This document shows, piece after piece, positions 43,501-53,172 of a stretch of DNA of 64,000 nucleotides; the stretch's first letter is position 1, and every line of letters begins with the position of its first letter. The DNA comes from a virus (Duplodnaviria; Heunggongvirae; Uroviricota; Caudoviricetes), in IMG/VR virus record IMGVR_UViG_3300035696_000002, one strand, 5' to 3'. A program made the translations under genes and the position numbers. The notes under the pieces are model-generated. The model searched no databases. It was not told where the DNA came from and saw nothing but the letters and a program-made list of their open reading frames with translations.

Positions 43501-46500
43501 GCTCCGGTTCTGTCCTCTGTCGCTGGTGGTATCCTCCCGGCAACGACCTACTACGTCGTCATCACCTACTTGAACACCATCGGTGAGACGGTGGGCAGTG
43601 CCGAAGCCTCAATCGCCATTGCGGCAAATAATCTTCCGCAAGTCGCCTCACCCGCGAGCCCGTATGGTGACGCCGTTTCATACAACGTGTACATGGGGCT
43701 GACATCCGGGAGCGAGCAGCTTCAAAATTCTTCCCCGGTCGCATTAGGTACACCATTCACATTGTCGCAGTACGGCATTGTCACCATTGGCACCCCAACT
43801 CCGCCTCCACCGCCGCTAGTCAACACGGCGGCTGTCGATGTCGTGAACGATCAGGTTATCACGGTCGCAACCGCGACAGGAACACAGTTCACCAGCACCT
43901 CCATCGCTGGGACGTATGCGGGTGGGGCTGCAACGGCAGTCACAGGTTATGTGATCCCCGAATTCCAGTTTGCGGCTTCAACGATCACAGTCCCGGCCAA
44001 CGTGCCGCCGATGATCGTCATGCCGGACAGTGCTGCGGCGGGGCCGATCACGAACGTACAGGTAGCGACCAACGTGATTACGGTCACGGTTCCCAACACG
44101 TTCTTTGTGGGGCAGAATGTGACCATCACCGGATTAGTGACCAGCCCGGTTGATCCCCTCTTTGAGGCCGACATCAACGGGCGTACACTGATCGTCACAG
44201 GTTTGATTGGTGCAGGCCCGGTCTTCACGGGCTTCACGGCTGCCTTTGTGCACTTGAACTACCCGTCCACGGCTTGCACGGCGGGCACCGCAACCCCAGT
44301 CACAGGCTGGCAACTCGCCCCGCGTAATCAGTCGGTCACGATCTCCCCGGTCATCACCGGAGTTACAGACCCGGATGATTTCCCGATTTACACGTGGGTG
44401 CAAGTGTCCGGTTCTCCGGTCACATTCCCGGAAGGGCCGAACTCTGCGATTCTCACCGTTGACACCAATGGCGTGGATATCAGCGGAGAAAATCTGGTGT
44501 TCCAGTTGACGGTCAATGACAGCGTTAATCCGCCTGTCTCCGCCTCGGTCACGCTTCAGGTTGCTCCGTACAATTTCGCCGGGAACGACACGTTGCAACT
44601 GTCTCGCTCTGTCTGGGCCGCTCCTATCGCCTTGCGTAACACGAGTCAGGCATGGGGGACACTGGACATCTCCGCCATCTTCACCAATCTGTTGTCGGTG
44701 AAACGCACGTCGGTGAACGACTTCACGGATCGCTACATCCTGATCTCGAATTTCTCCGTGCTCGTTTACGGCGGTGAGAACCCGAATCTGGTTCTGCTTC
44801 GCAAGTTGTTTAGTCCGCTCATCGAGAACAACACCACGGGTTTCCCGATGGTTCCCGCGTATGTCTCCACGTGGAACTCAGTGACCGCATATTTGCCGGG
44901 CGACATCGTATATCTGGCACCCGGCTCACCACAGGGCAACTTTGTTTGCCTTGTTGCGAACACAAACGTCCAGCCGCCTGATCCGGCATTCTGGGCACCG
45001 TATGCTCTCGTGGACGCAGTGCACACCGAAGATGACGGTACATTCGTTTTGGACAGCGTCGGCAACTTGTTCTTCTTTGGCCCGCTCTCGGCTCCGCTGT
45101 TGAACACAGATAACCCGGACGGGACGATCAACCTGAACAACATCACCCAGTTCCAGTTCAACAAGGTCTTCACAACCCCGAGCTATGCAAACGTCCGCAT
45201 CCTCGTGCTTTCGGGGCCGGATGGATGCCTCTTGCTGCAAATCAACAATACGACCTTGCAGGTTCAAGGTTTCCTTGAACTGAGCGTCGAGGACAATTTG
45301 GTTTACGGTGCCGACAACGTGCAATTTGTCCGCACGTCGAACGTTGAAAATCTGCGGTCGGGTAAGATTCTGATTGGCACCATTGCCCCGCTGACTGCCC
45401 CGATTACCAGCGTCGTGATTAGTGGCAACGCTCTGAGCTTGACGGCACAGAACAGTTTCTCTATTGGAACGGTATTCACCGTGAGTGGCATTGACCCGGC
45501 CTCCGTGGAGTTCCTGAACGGACGTACCTTCACTGCCATCGCAGGCACTACGGGCAATGTTATCGTCGCCAGCCTCACAGCCGCGAATGTTGGCCCGGTC
45601 GCTGTGTCTGATGCATTTGCGACAGCCTCGAATGCTGGCTCCACTTACGAAACCTTGATCGACCTGCCGCATGGGGCAATCATTGGTACGTTCGACAAGA
45701 GCAAGTTGCGGAACCAGTTCGTGAACACTGGTGAAATTTTGTTCGAGCCGAACGACACCTACACGGGTGCTCCGCTGGCTCCGACCCTGCTTGTTCCGAC
45801 TGCTGTGGGAAACGTAGTCACACTGACATGGATTCAGCAGCGACCGGATTTGGTTTCGTCTTACAACATTCAGATTTCGACGGACGGGATTAACTTCCTG
45901 CCGTTGCAGACGGTCAACTCCGGGTTCGTGGAGTCAATCCAGACTACCCAGATACCGGGCCAGACCTACTACTTCCGCGTGAATGCGGTGAGCTTGGATG
46001 GCACGTCGCCATACTCCAACATCGAAGCAATCTGGGTCGGCACATTCAATCCACCGATCATCAACCAGATTGTCGGCGTCGCAACTTCAGGCACCGCCCT
46101 GCTGGACGGTTTCGGAAACAACTTTGGTGTGGACTTCGGCGGTTCGAATGGTTACATCCTGACCGTGACGTGGACTTCTGGAGGCCCGCTTCCGGCCCAG
46201 ATCGGCAGCTACACGATTCAGATGCAGGTTGACGGCGGGGCTTTCAGCACCCTCGGGACGGTGTCACCCGGAACCAACACGTCGTTCACCACGGTGCCGC
46301 TGGCTGGCGGGCACACTTACGGATTCCAAGTCTCGGCATTCGTGACGGCTCAAGCCCAAAACACGGCCTACTCCGCTGTGGTTTCGATCAGCATCCCGTT
46401 GAATATCCCGGCTCAAACCTATCCGACCGGGACAGTCAGCGTCCCGTACAGTGCTCAAGCTGTGGCAACTGGCGGAGCCGTCCCGTACACCTTCGCGGTG

Positions 46501-46662
46501 ATTGCGGGCAGCCTGCCGCCCGGCGTGAACATCAGCAACCTTGGGGTTTTCTCCGGCACCCCGACCGCGTCCGGCACATACTCTTTCGTGATCCAAGTGA
46601 CAGATTCCTCTATCCCGAGTCCTTTCACCGACATAGCTCTGCAAAGCATTACGATCACGTAA
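40519..46662 (+). CDS. 2047-aa virion/tail adhesin-like protein
   Basis: TTG start with SD GGGGA; about 7 copies of a 70-aa beta module, two CBM5/12-like W...Y..G..V motifs, PKD-like YTWVQVSG, FN3-like repeats, C-terminal Ig-like LPPG...GVFSGTPT. Confidence 0.85.
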   Translation: MITTLDTQSWAKELVTGNAEFIETSGPSPILYVVSNVRVNAGVYSFTVLYSTASPPAPGPGSIFNVGATYTFPNPTIDFDPVCPPQLDTSGPNPLLHIIGTQSNATNSRLVDLIKFTYDTVAHTLTGPILLVTGTTMRQAYDICLLNNGHTFVSVIVTDPELPILGQSTLTNIAITGNVLTVTTSNQFYVGQLVRLNGLTTATFLNGQYVQVTNLIGPGPVYTGFTANFVNVNYGPAADTGTATPTYPGHNLIAMELDATNNVVSGSLKVLQNSNDLGGQTFSSTSLISPDGINIEVYYQYHPKVITFKDQLFTIALFNRRTVAYITGTAILGNVLTVTCPNNFPAGTLVTLAGTAEAFLNGQTVTVLTSNAGSFTAAFVNPNYTNNSDTGTATVAAPIWDVLATTLQTFVARYTDDRMTVMLDQNGNRYLSQTFYSQFNHPYGYVGNLIMGYQPAGGIWDFHITLGSTTGGSIVQASISVNSLGGVNVAYLLEPFAQVPAYPGVAWPLHVATVNLTGLGLTDVPGFYNNLNFTWLRASKAAIDQGSDWAIVGEQQIPTTVNGELHTIPNVPGPYTVQVTFNQLTPTSGFAENLGVVYSPSGVPLEQVPTNPQKGQYTVEPSTGVYTFNVADAGAAIAISYSYVSAIVPKYVSFFNVPPVANLKPSTATVWRGNSAYSTNVWAITNVAVAGDVVTVTAPGNTFAIGESIAIYGLTTATFLNGVVLTVATANGTNFTASFTHGNYGPAADSGSAAQLILGAFLLDGSGTVDADQDPVYYFWSENYPDPVYPEWLVGTTYSLGQIVDVLGVQYISLQNGNLGNPPAASPTFWSVSAGAENVTLFPSGDQSNLTISRSLGGVGTTFNVGMAAVDEYAQFAATITAVEVFNNILTITANNSLVSGQQVVLYNLSHAAFLNGTVITVLASVGTNFTANYPSPLNYPVTADSGNAAVLRHPAYPITSVQLNAGALTVLAVNNFVATEQAMIYGVTLNPPAAPVLSSVAGGILPATTYYVVITYLNTIGETVGSAEASIAIAANNLPQVASPASPYGDAVSYNVYMGLTSGSEQLQNSSPVALGTPFTLSQYGIVTIGTPTPPPPPLVNTAAVDVVNDQVITVATATGTQFTSTSIAGTYAGGAATAVTGYVIPEFQFAASTITVPANVPPMIVMPDSAAAGPITNVQVATNVITVTVPNTFFVGQNVTITGLVTSPVDPLFEADINGRTLIVTGLIGAGPVFTGFTAAFVHLNYPSTACTAGTATPVTGWQLAPRNQSVTISPVITGVTDPDDFPIYTWVQVSGSPVTFPEGPNSAILTVDTNGVDISGENLVFQLTVNDSVNPPVSASVTLQVAPYNFAGNDTLQLSRSVWAAPIALRNTSQAWGTLDISAIFTNLLSVKRTSVNDFTDRYILISNFSVLVYGGENPNLVLLRKLFSPLIENNTTGFPMVPAYVSTWNSVTAYLPGDIVYLAPGSPQGNFVCLVANTNVQPPDPAFWAPYALVDAVHTEDDGTFVLDSVGNLFFFGPLSAPLLNTDNPDGTINLNNITQFQFNKVFTTPSYANVRILVLSGPDGCLLLQINNTTLQVQGFLELSVEDNLVYGADNVQFVRTSNVENLRSGKILIGTIAPLTAPITSVVISGNALSLTAQNSFSIGTVFTVSGIDPASVEFLNGRTFTAIAGTTGNVIVASLTAANVGPVAVSDAFATASNAGSTYETLIDLPHGAIIGTFDKSKLRNQFVNTGEILFEPNDTYTGAPLAPTLLVPTAVGNVVTLTWIQQRPDLVSSYNIQISTDGINFLPLQTVNSGFVESIQTTQIPGQTYYFRVNAVSLDGTSPYSNIEAIWVGTFNPPIINQIVGVATSGTALLDGFGNNFGVDFGGSNGYILTVTWTSGGPLPAQIGSYTIQMQVDGGAFSTLGTVSPGTNTSFTTVPLAGGHTYGFQVSAFVTAQAQNTAYSAVVSISIPLNIPAQTYPTGTVSVPYSAQAVATGGAVPYTFAVIAGSLPPGVNISNLGVFSGTPTASGTYSFVIQVTDSSIPSPFTDIALQSITIT
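41110..41138 (+). repeat. 29-bp exact repeat, copy 1 (copy 2 at 47400-47428)
   Basis: GGGTTGACCACAGCAACGTTCTTGAACGG occurs in two different tail genes. Confidence 0.85.
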
Positions 46663-46700
46663 AGAGTCTACGGAGTTCTGTTTAGAGGGCACTCTGGGCA

Positions 46701-47966
46701 ATGTCGATCTCGAACGGGCCAAAAATCAATGTCATCGTAAACGCTGCAAATGGAGACATTTGGGGCGATCCGACGCGGCAATTATTCCGCATGCTTCAGG
46801 TGTTGGTTCAGGCCAACGTCAAGAACCTGACGCTCTCCACGCCGCCCACAAACCCCAGCAACGGTGATTCCTACGTCGTAGCAACCGGGGCGACCGGGGC
46901 GTGGACAGGCTTTGCAACCCAGATCGCATACTGGACGACTGACAACCCCGCGTTCCCGTTAGGGACTTGGGAATTCTGGCAGCCGCAGGAAGGCTGGCAA
47001 GTCTACGATTACCACACCGCCGAGTTCTACGTTTTCAGCGGCTCCGCGTGGGTTTCGGAATCTGCTGGCGGCACCATTGACGCTTCCGCCGTCACCTACC
47101 ACAACCCGAGCTACCCGACAGTGCAAGCGGCACTCGACAAGCTGCTTTACGTCACGCCCATCTTCACCTCGTTCACGAACAGCGTCAACACTGTGGAGCT
47201 TGGATCGTCTGTGCCGAATGTCCTCCTGAACTGGGCCTACAACAAGCCCATGGTCACGCAGAGTTTCACCGCATTTGGCGGCACGGCGGTAGGATCGGCA
47301 ACCATCGCCACGATCACGAATATCGCGATTAACGGCAGCAACTTGCTGACGGTGACCTGTGCCAACACTTTTGCTGCCGCCCAGCAGATCACACTGAGCG
47401 GGTTGACCACAGCAACGTTCTTGAACGGGCAGACGGTGACCATCGTTACGCCGGGCCTGACGCAGTTCACCGCGAACTTCACGCACGCGGCATATCCCTC
47501 GGCCCCGGACACTGGATCGGCTGAGCCCGTGAGTCAGACGTACACCGGGCCGTTCACGAGCAACCAGACGTGGACGATCAACGCTTCGGATGGCACAACG
47601 CCCGTCAGCGACAGTTCCTCCATCGCCTTTGATCTGCGGCGTTACTGGGGCGTCAATTCTGCGACTTCGCTAACGAACTCCCAGATTTTGGCGTTGAGCA
47701 GCGAATTTGCTGGGAACGCAGTATCAGGCAGCTTTGTGAAGTCGATCATTTACAACTGCTCGCCCGGCCCGACATATCCGTATTACGCCTACCCCGTCGC
47801 GTGGGGAGGCCCGCCGTCGAATGTGACGGTCGGTGGATTGCCGTTCTCAGATTTCAGCGTTGCGACGCAGTCGGTCACGAACGCTTCAGGGCACGTGGAC
47901 AGTTACTACGTGATCCGGTTCAACAATATTCAGACGGGTAGCAACATCTCCGTGGTCTGGCAGTAA
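46701..47966 (+). CDS. DUF2793-like virion protein
   Basis: TPPTNPSNGDSYVVATGATGAW...IAYW...WEFWQPQEGW; carries one copy of the shared beta module. Confidence 0.75.
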   Translation: MSISNGPKINVIVNAANGDIWGDPTRQLFRMLQVLVQANVKNLTLSTPPTNPSNGDSYVVATGATGAWTGFATQIAYWTTDNPAFPLGTWEFWQPQEGWQVYDYHTAEFYVFSGSAWVSESAGGTIDASAVTYHNPSYPTVQAALDKLLYVTPIFTSFTNSVNTVELGSSVPNVLLNWAYNKPMVTQSFTAFGGTAVGSATIATITNIAINGSNLLTVTCANTFAAAQQITLSGLTTATFLNGQTVTIVTPGLTQFTANFTHAAYPSAPDTGSAEPVSQTYTGPFTSNQTWTINASDGTTPVSDSSSIAFDLRRYWGVNSATSLTNSQILALSSEFAGNAVSGSFVKSIIYNCSPGPTYPYYAYPVAWGGPPSNVTVGGLPFSDFSVATQSVTNASGHVDSYYVIRFNNIQTGSNISVVWQ

Positions 47967-47975
47967 GGACAAACT

Positions 47976-49961
47976 ATGCCAAATCTTCTCGGCACAAATC
48001 TAGCGTCGCTGATCGTACCGTTCACAACGAGCGATACCTATCCCACGCATGATTCCACCTACGGCCTCGGCGGCTGGCGTGAAGTTGCGGACATCCCGAC
48101 ACGTAACGCGATCCCCGCTCAGCGTCTCCGTAATGGAATGGTGGTCTACGTCCAGAGTGTCAGCCAAGCCTTCCTGTACACGGGCACAGGCTGGGTGCCG
48201 TACATGGCCACGAACGGCGTCAATGCCCAGACGGGTACGAGCTACACCTTCCAAGACAACGGCTCTGCATCGGACAATGGTGCCCTTGTCACGTTCAACA
48301 ATGCGGGTGCAGTCGCGGTCACACTGCCGCAGGCGAGCATCGGCGGATTCTATCGCAACGGCTGGTTCGTCCGCACCACCAACTTTGGTGCGGGCACTGT
48401 CACGATTACGCCCACCACCTCCACGATCAACGGTGCTGCATTCATCGCACTGACAACTGGACAGAGTGCGTTTATTTTCTCTGACGGTACGAACTACAAG
48501 GCAATCCTGATTTCCACCGGGGGCGGTGGAGGCGGGACGCCAGCGGCTCCAACCAACTCTGTGCAGTTCAACAACGCCGGAGCATTTGGCGGCAGTGCAA
48601 ACTTTGAGTGGAGCGGCACAACAGTCAAGGTGACAGGATCAACCAGCACCAGCGGCCCTGACCTTATTGACTTGTACGCTTTCGGAGCATCAGGAGCGGC
48701 AATCGGCATGGCTGCCCAGCAATACGGCGATGCTCAGGGTATCGGCCTCTCATTCACGGATGCGGCTGGCGACAACGTCACAGTTTTTCCTTACGGAGTT
48801 CAGGGCAACAACTCGGCCTTCACTAGCTCATTCAGCATCCAGCCCGGAGGCACAGCCCAATTCAGCAGCATGGGTGTGAGTGTTTCTGGGGACTCATTTG
48901 GCAACGACATCCTTGATTTAGCGACTCATGGTGTGGGTTCCCCCGCCGTTTCAGTGGATCAATATGGAGAGATCAAGCAAGGCGGCGGTACCCCACTCAC
49001 AATCAATTACAGTGCGAACCATGATCCGGTATTCCTTAATCAATTTGTATACGTAAACAACGATGTGGGGGCAGCAGCCAGTCTGGCCGCATACGGTCAC
49101 ACTATTGACCTTTACTATAAGGGGCATGCAGGCTCTCCCGCCTTTGCCGCTTTGTTTGGTGCCTCAATCACCGCCACTACAGACCCGACGACTACAGATA
49201 GTATCGACGCTCTGTACGGAGCCACGATCTTTGCTTACCCAGAAGGTAGTGGCGGCGTCAGCAACATCATCGGTATCAATGTTCAGGCGGGACAGTCTGC
49301 CAACGGGGCTGTAGCCCTCTGCGAGCCGCTTCAAGTCAGATCAGCTTTCTCGACCTCCACAGCTACCGTAGGAGCGATCAACTTCGTGCACGTGTATGGT
49401 CTGGGCGGCACGGGCGGTACTGTTGCGGGTGCTCCGCCAGTTAACGGTATCCTGATCGACGATCAAGGAGCACCGCCCGCACCAACTGGTTCTGTCACTT
49501 GTGGATTGCACATCAACTCACAAACAGGGGCAGGAAATTTTGCAATCAAAGTCGATGGCGGCAAATCATACTTCGGTGGAAATATTCAAATCGCTGCGGA
49601 GCTTCTTGATACCCTTGCATCCCCCGGTACGAGCGGGCAGGTTCTCACTTCGACGGGAACCGGAGTGCAGTGGATGGCATCAGGCGGTGGGCCGCAAGAA
49701 GAAACTGTGCGGTACTCCGCAGGTACGGTCAACACCGGAACCTTGGGTGGGCCGTACACGATCAACTTCAGCACCGCTTTTGCAGATAACAACTATACAG
49801 CAGAAATTAGTACGGAACTTGGTGAGGCTCTTTCAACCGCAGGTGTGAAGGTCGCGGGATTCACCAAGCAGGCTGCTGGCGTCGGTGTGATCGTGTGGGT
49901 TGAAAACAATGACTCGATCAATCACACCATCACGGTACACGTATTCGCGAGGCATGACTAA
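47976..49961 (+). CDS. tail fibre-like protein
   Basis: Gly/Thr-rich; TYT...VTLP...G.GTVTI...ING...SDGTNY module; C-terminal INFSTAF lectin-like domain. Confidence 0.8.
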   Translation: MPNLLGTNLASLIVPFTTSDTYPTHDSTYGLGGWREVADIPTRNAIPAQRLRNGMVVYVQSVSQAFLYTGTGWVPYMATNGVNAQTGTSYTFQDNGSASDNGALVTFNNAGAVAVTLPQASIGGFYRNGWFVRTTNFGAGTVTITPTTSTINGAAFIALTTGQSAFIFSDGTNYKAILISTGGGGGGTPAAPTNSVQFNNAGAFGGSANFEWSGTTVKVTGSTSTSGPDLIDLYAFGASGAAIGMAAQQYGDAQGIGLSFTDAAGDNVTVFPYGVQGNNSAFTSSFSIQPGGTAQFSSMGVSVSGDSFGNDILDLATHGVGSPAVSVDQYGEIKQGGGTPLTINYSANHDPVFLNQFVYVNNDVGAAASLAAYGHTIDLYYKGHAGSPAFAALFGASITATTDPTTTDSIDALYGATIFAYPEGSGGVSNIIGINVQAGQSANGAVALCEPLQVRSAFSTSTATVGAINFVHVYGLGGTGGTVAGAPPVNGILIDDQGAPPAPTGSVTCGLHINSQTGAGNFAIKVDGGKSYFGGNIQIAAELLDTLASPGTSGQVLTSTGTGVQWMASGGGPQEETVRYSAGTVNTGTLGGPYTINFSTAFADNNYTAEISTELGEALSTAGVKVAGFTKQAAGVGVIVWVENNDSINHTITVHVFARHD

Positions 49962-51553
49962 TGGCTAATCAGTGGACATGGGCAGGTGATGCAGCACTCG
50001 GCGGCGGTTTTGCAATCACCCCAAGCTCCACAACCGTGGCCCTGTCGGTCACTGGAGACGCCACGGGCAGTGACATTGCGAAATATTTCGGCAACACTTC
50101 CGTCGCCGGGTACACTGGCAACCAACTAGGCAACAACCTCGGTGTTGAAATTACTAAGTATGGTGCGGTAGTTGTTGCTCCTACAGGATCAACTTCCGCA
50201 TACCCCGGTGCTTCATTGGTGGTCTACGTTGACTCGCCTTCGGGCAAGGTCATGACTGCTTACGGTACGGGTTCCAACACCGTCCCGGCATTCATCATCA
50301 CCACGGATGGCGGTACCATCTGCCAGAGTCAAGCGAGCAGTGATGTTAGCCTTACAGTAATGGGTGCCCCCGGCACTGGTCACGTCCAAGAATGGTACAC
50401 CAACGGAAGCACACTGGTTGCTTACTTAGATCAGTATGGTAATGCGGCCATTGAACCGCTTGATACAGGAGCCGCTGCATGCCTCACGGTTCTCGGCACT
50501 GTCGCTGGAAATAACTATATTGCGGAATTCGCCACGTCGGGATCATACGATGTCCTGCTGATTGCCCCGCCAAATAACACGGGCAACAACCCAGCAGCAG
50601 TGCTTACTGGCGACGGCACGAATGATACTCTGAAAGTGTACGACAACACCCTGTCTGGAAACCCTGTTCTCCAGATTCCGGGTGCAAACGGCAATCACTA
50701 CGCCCCGGTTATTATTGGTCAGGGCACGCGAGCAACGGCTGATTATCAACTTTCTGTGGTCGCCAACCTCGTGGCTGACACTGGAACGGGAAGCTGGTTT
50801 AACACTGACAATCAGATCACCGTAACTCCGACAGCCACATCAAACAATGTTTGGATTGGAACTAACACCAATGTAAACCTAAACGGAACGGTAGATTACA
50901 ATGGCTCCGCTCTCGTGGGTACGTGGAGCACAATCACGGCGGGCACCTCCGGGGACATTAGCGGCGGCTCCATTACTGCCGTCTTCGGCGGAGCATACGC
51001 GGCAGGAACAGGCACCATCAACGAAGTTGTCGGCGTGGCTGGACAAGCCTCTGCTGATAATGGGACGGTTGGCACCCTGATTGGGGTGCAAGTAGAGGCT
51101 GCGTCTAATCCCGGCATTACGGTTACTGAGTCGTATGGGTTGTTCGTGGTTGACTCGACCGCTCTGCTTGGTATCACCGACCACAACTACGGTCTCTATG
51201 TGTCCGACCAATCCGCCGTCGCCGGAGGTGCCACACTTTCCGACCCATGGGCAATTTATGTGGAGGGCGGTGTGTCAGGGTTCAAGGGCGTGGCAACAAA
51301 CATCGCCACGATTACCACGACCTATACTGTCGGACAAAACGATCACACCCTGAATTGCAACGGAACGTTTACGGTCACGCTTCCGACCACGGGCCTAAAA
51401 GTCGGACAAGAATTCTACATCAAGAATATCGGTACAGGTACGATCACCGTGTCCTCAACCGCCAACATTGATGGTTCGACGACATACTCGATGGGGGCAC
51501 AGTATCAGAGCGTAGTCGTGCAGTGGGACGGCACGCAGTACTGGATTTACTAA
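49961..51553 (+). CDS. tail fibre-like protein
   Basis: Beta-rich; C-terminal module ending QWDGTQYWIY. Confidence 0.8.
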   Translation: MANQWTWAGDAALGGGFAITPSSTTVALSVTGDATGSDIAKYFGNTSVAGYTGNQLGNNLGVEITKYGAVVVAPTGSTSAYPGASLVVYVDSPSGKVMTAYGTGSNTVPAFIITTDGGTICQSQASSDVSLTVMGAPGTGHVQEWYTNGSTLVAYLDQYGNAAIEPLDTGAAACLTVLGTVAGNNYIAEFATSGSYDVLLIAPPNNTGNNPAAVLTGDGTNDTLKVYDNTLSGNPVLQIPGANGNHYAPVIIGQGTRATADYQLSVVANLVADTGTGSWFNTDNQITVTPTATSNNVWIGTNTNVNLNGTVDYNGSALVGTWSTITAGTSGDISGGSITAVFGGAYAAGTGTINEVVGVAGQASADNGTVGTLIGVQVEAASNPGITVTESYGLFVVDSTALLGITDHNYGLYVSDQSAVAGGATLSDPWAIYVEGGVSGFKGVATNIATITTTYTVGQNDHTLNCNGTFTVTLPTTGLKVGQEFYIKNIGTGTITVSSTANIDGSTTYSMGAQYQSVVVQWDGTQYWIY

Positions 51554-51561
51554 TATGGCAT
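51542..51561 (+). repeat. 20-bp exact repeat at gene junctions, copy 1 (copy 2 at 53160-53179)
   Basis: TGGATTTACTAATATGGCAT spans the stop/start junction of two consecutive fibre gene pairs. Confidence 0.85.
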
Positions 51562-53171
51562 ATATCGCTGGACGATCAGTAAACGCACAAACCGGGACAA
51601 CCTACACGTTCTCCAATGGAGACCACGACAGGCTTGTCACGTTCAACAACGCCTCAGCCGTTGCTGCCAACCTACCACAGGCGGGGGCAGCCGGGCTGTT
51701 TGTCGCTGGCTGGACGAGCCATGTCCAAAACATCGGCACGGGAACGGTTACGATCACACCCACAACTTCAACCATCAACGGCCTCACGCTCATCACGCTA
51801 TTCCAGTGGCAGACGGCAACAATTACCTCAGACGGCACGAACTACGTGGTATTCATCAACCCGCTGAGTAGCAACGATCAGGCCTCCAACCTCTCCAGTT
51901 ATCTTGCAAATGACGCAGGTACAGGGGCGGCACGCAACCAGATCATCACTCGCAACATTAACACAGGTGTCAACGCCAACCGTAAGGGCTTCAACATTTA
52001 CCTTGAACATGACGGGGCTGCTGGTTCGGCAAACTATGACGGACTTCAAGTCAATGTTGGGTTCACGGCGGACGCCCACACCCCCCTAACGCAGGGACAG
52101 ACGGACGGTCTTGAAGTAATTGCCTATGCTTCTACGACATCCACCCCGACAAACTTTGCCCTGACTTCTGTTGCTGCGGGCACAGGTGTGTACACAGGCA
52201 CCATCACGAACGGCGGCAGTAATTTCTATGCCGGGTGGTACTTCCAGATTCTTGGGTTTACGAACGCGGCGAACAACGGTTTGTTCGTCTGTACAGCATC
52301 CAGCACAACTACGTTGACCCTCACGAATCCGGCAAGCATAGCAGAGAGTCATGCTGCTACAGCTTATTGGATACAGATCGGGCAGGTCAATGTCACTAAA
52401 TTCCGTTGGGGAGCATTCAACGGTGCCAACGTTGAAAACTGTGTTGGTATCCTTCAATATCTGCCCGAGATCAATACGCCCTCACTTATCGCCAACTTCT
52501 CGGGGTTCAGCATTGATGCACCGTCTGGCGGCGGCAGCATTGTAAATTTTACCGGAGTTGAAGCAGGTTCCAGTCTGAACGGCCTAAGTTATGTGGGGAC
52601 GGAAATTGGTCTTGCTGCTGGGGCAGCATCTAGCCCGTCACAGTATGCTTACGGCATCACATCGTTCGGTAAAACCGCTTCGATTGTGGCCTACGACAAC
52701 GGGGGCGTCAGTTCCTTCATCGGCCATGGTTCCAATGCAACTACGCCAATCACTCTGCATGATGGATGGTACAACGGTAATGGATCGCCAGAAGCTACGG
52801 TTACGGCTGCTGTGGGGTCATTCTACTCGCGATTAGACAGCACCATTGGTGACCCGTGGTACGTAAAGGTCAGTGGTTCCAGCAACACCGAATGGGCACC
52901 GATTGGGACTGTGTCGCCAATCAAGACGGTTACGACCACTTACTCCGCAACAAACTCGGACGGCACGATCAATTGCACAGGCACCTTTACCTTGACGCTG
53001 CCCAGCACAGGCGTACCCACCGGGAAGAAATACCTTATCAAGAACATTAGTACGGGCACCATCACGGTGTCTTCGGCTGTGAACATCGACTTCGCGACTT
53101 CAACTCTTTTGAATTCTGTGGGTCAGAGCATCATCGTCCAGTGGGACGGGACACAGTGGTGGATTTACTAA
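51555..53171 (+). CDS. tail fibre-like protein
   Basis: N-terminal module shared with the 47976 gene; C-terminal module ending QWDGTQWWIY shared with the 49961 gene. Confidence 0.8.
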   Translation: MAYIAGRSVNAQTGTTYTFSNGDHDRLVTFNNASAVAANLPQAGAAGLFVAGWTSHVQNIGTGTVTITPTTSTINGLTLITLFQWQTATITSDGTNYVVFINPLSSNDQASNLSSYLANDAGTGAARNQIITRNINTGVNANRKGFNIYLEHDGAAGSANYDGLQVNVGFTADAHTPLTQGQTDGLEVIAYASTTSTPTNFALTSVAAGTGVYTGTITNGGSNFYAGWYFQILGFTNAANNGLFVCTASSTTTLTLTNPASIAESHAATAYWIQIGQVNVTKFRWGAFNGANVENCVGILQYLPEINTPSLIANFSGFSIDAPSGGGSIVNFTGVEAGSSLNGLSYVGTEIGLAAGAASSPSQYAYGITSFGKTASIVAYDNGGVSSFIGHGSNATTPITLHDGWYNGNGSPEATVTAAVGSFYSRLDSTIGDPWYVKVSGSSNTEWAPIGTVSPIKTVTTTYSATNSDGTINCTGTFTLTLPSTGVPTGKKYLIKNISTGTITVSSAVNIDFATSTLLNSVGQSIIVQWDGTQWWIY

Positions 53172-53172
53172 T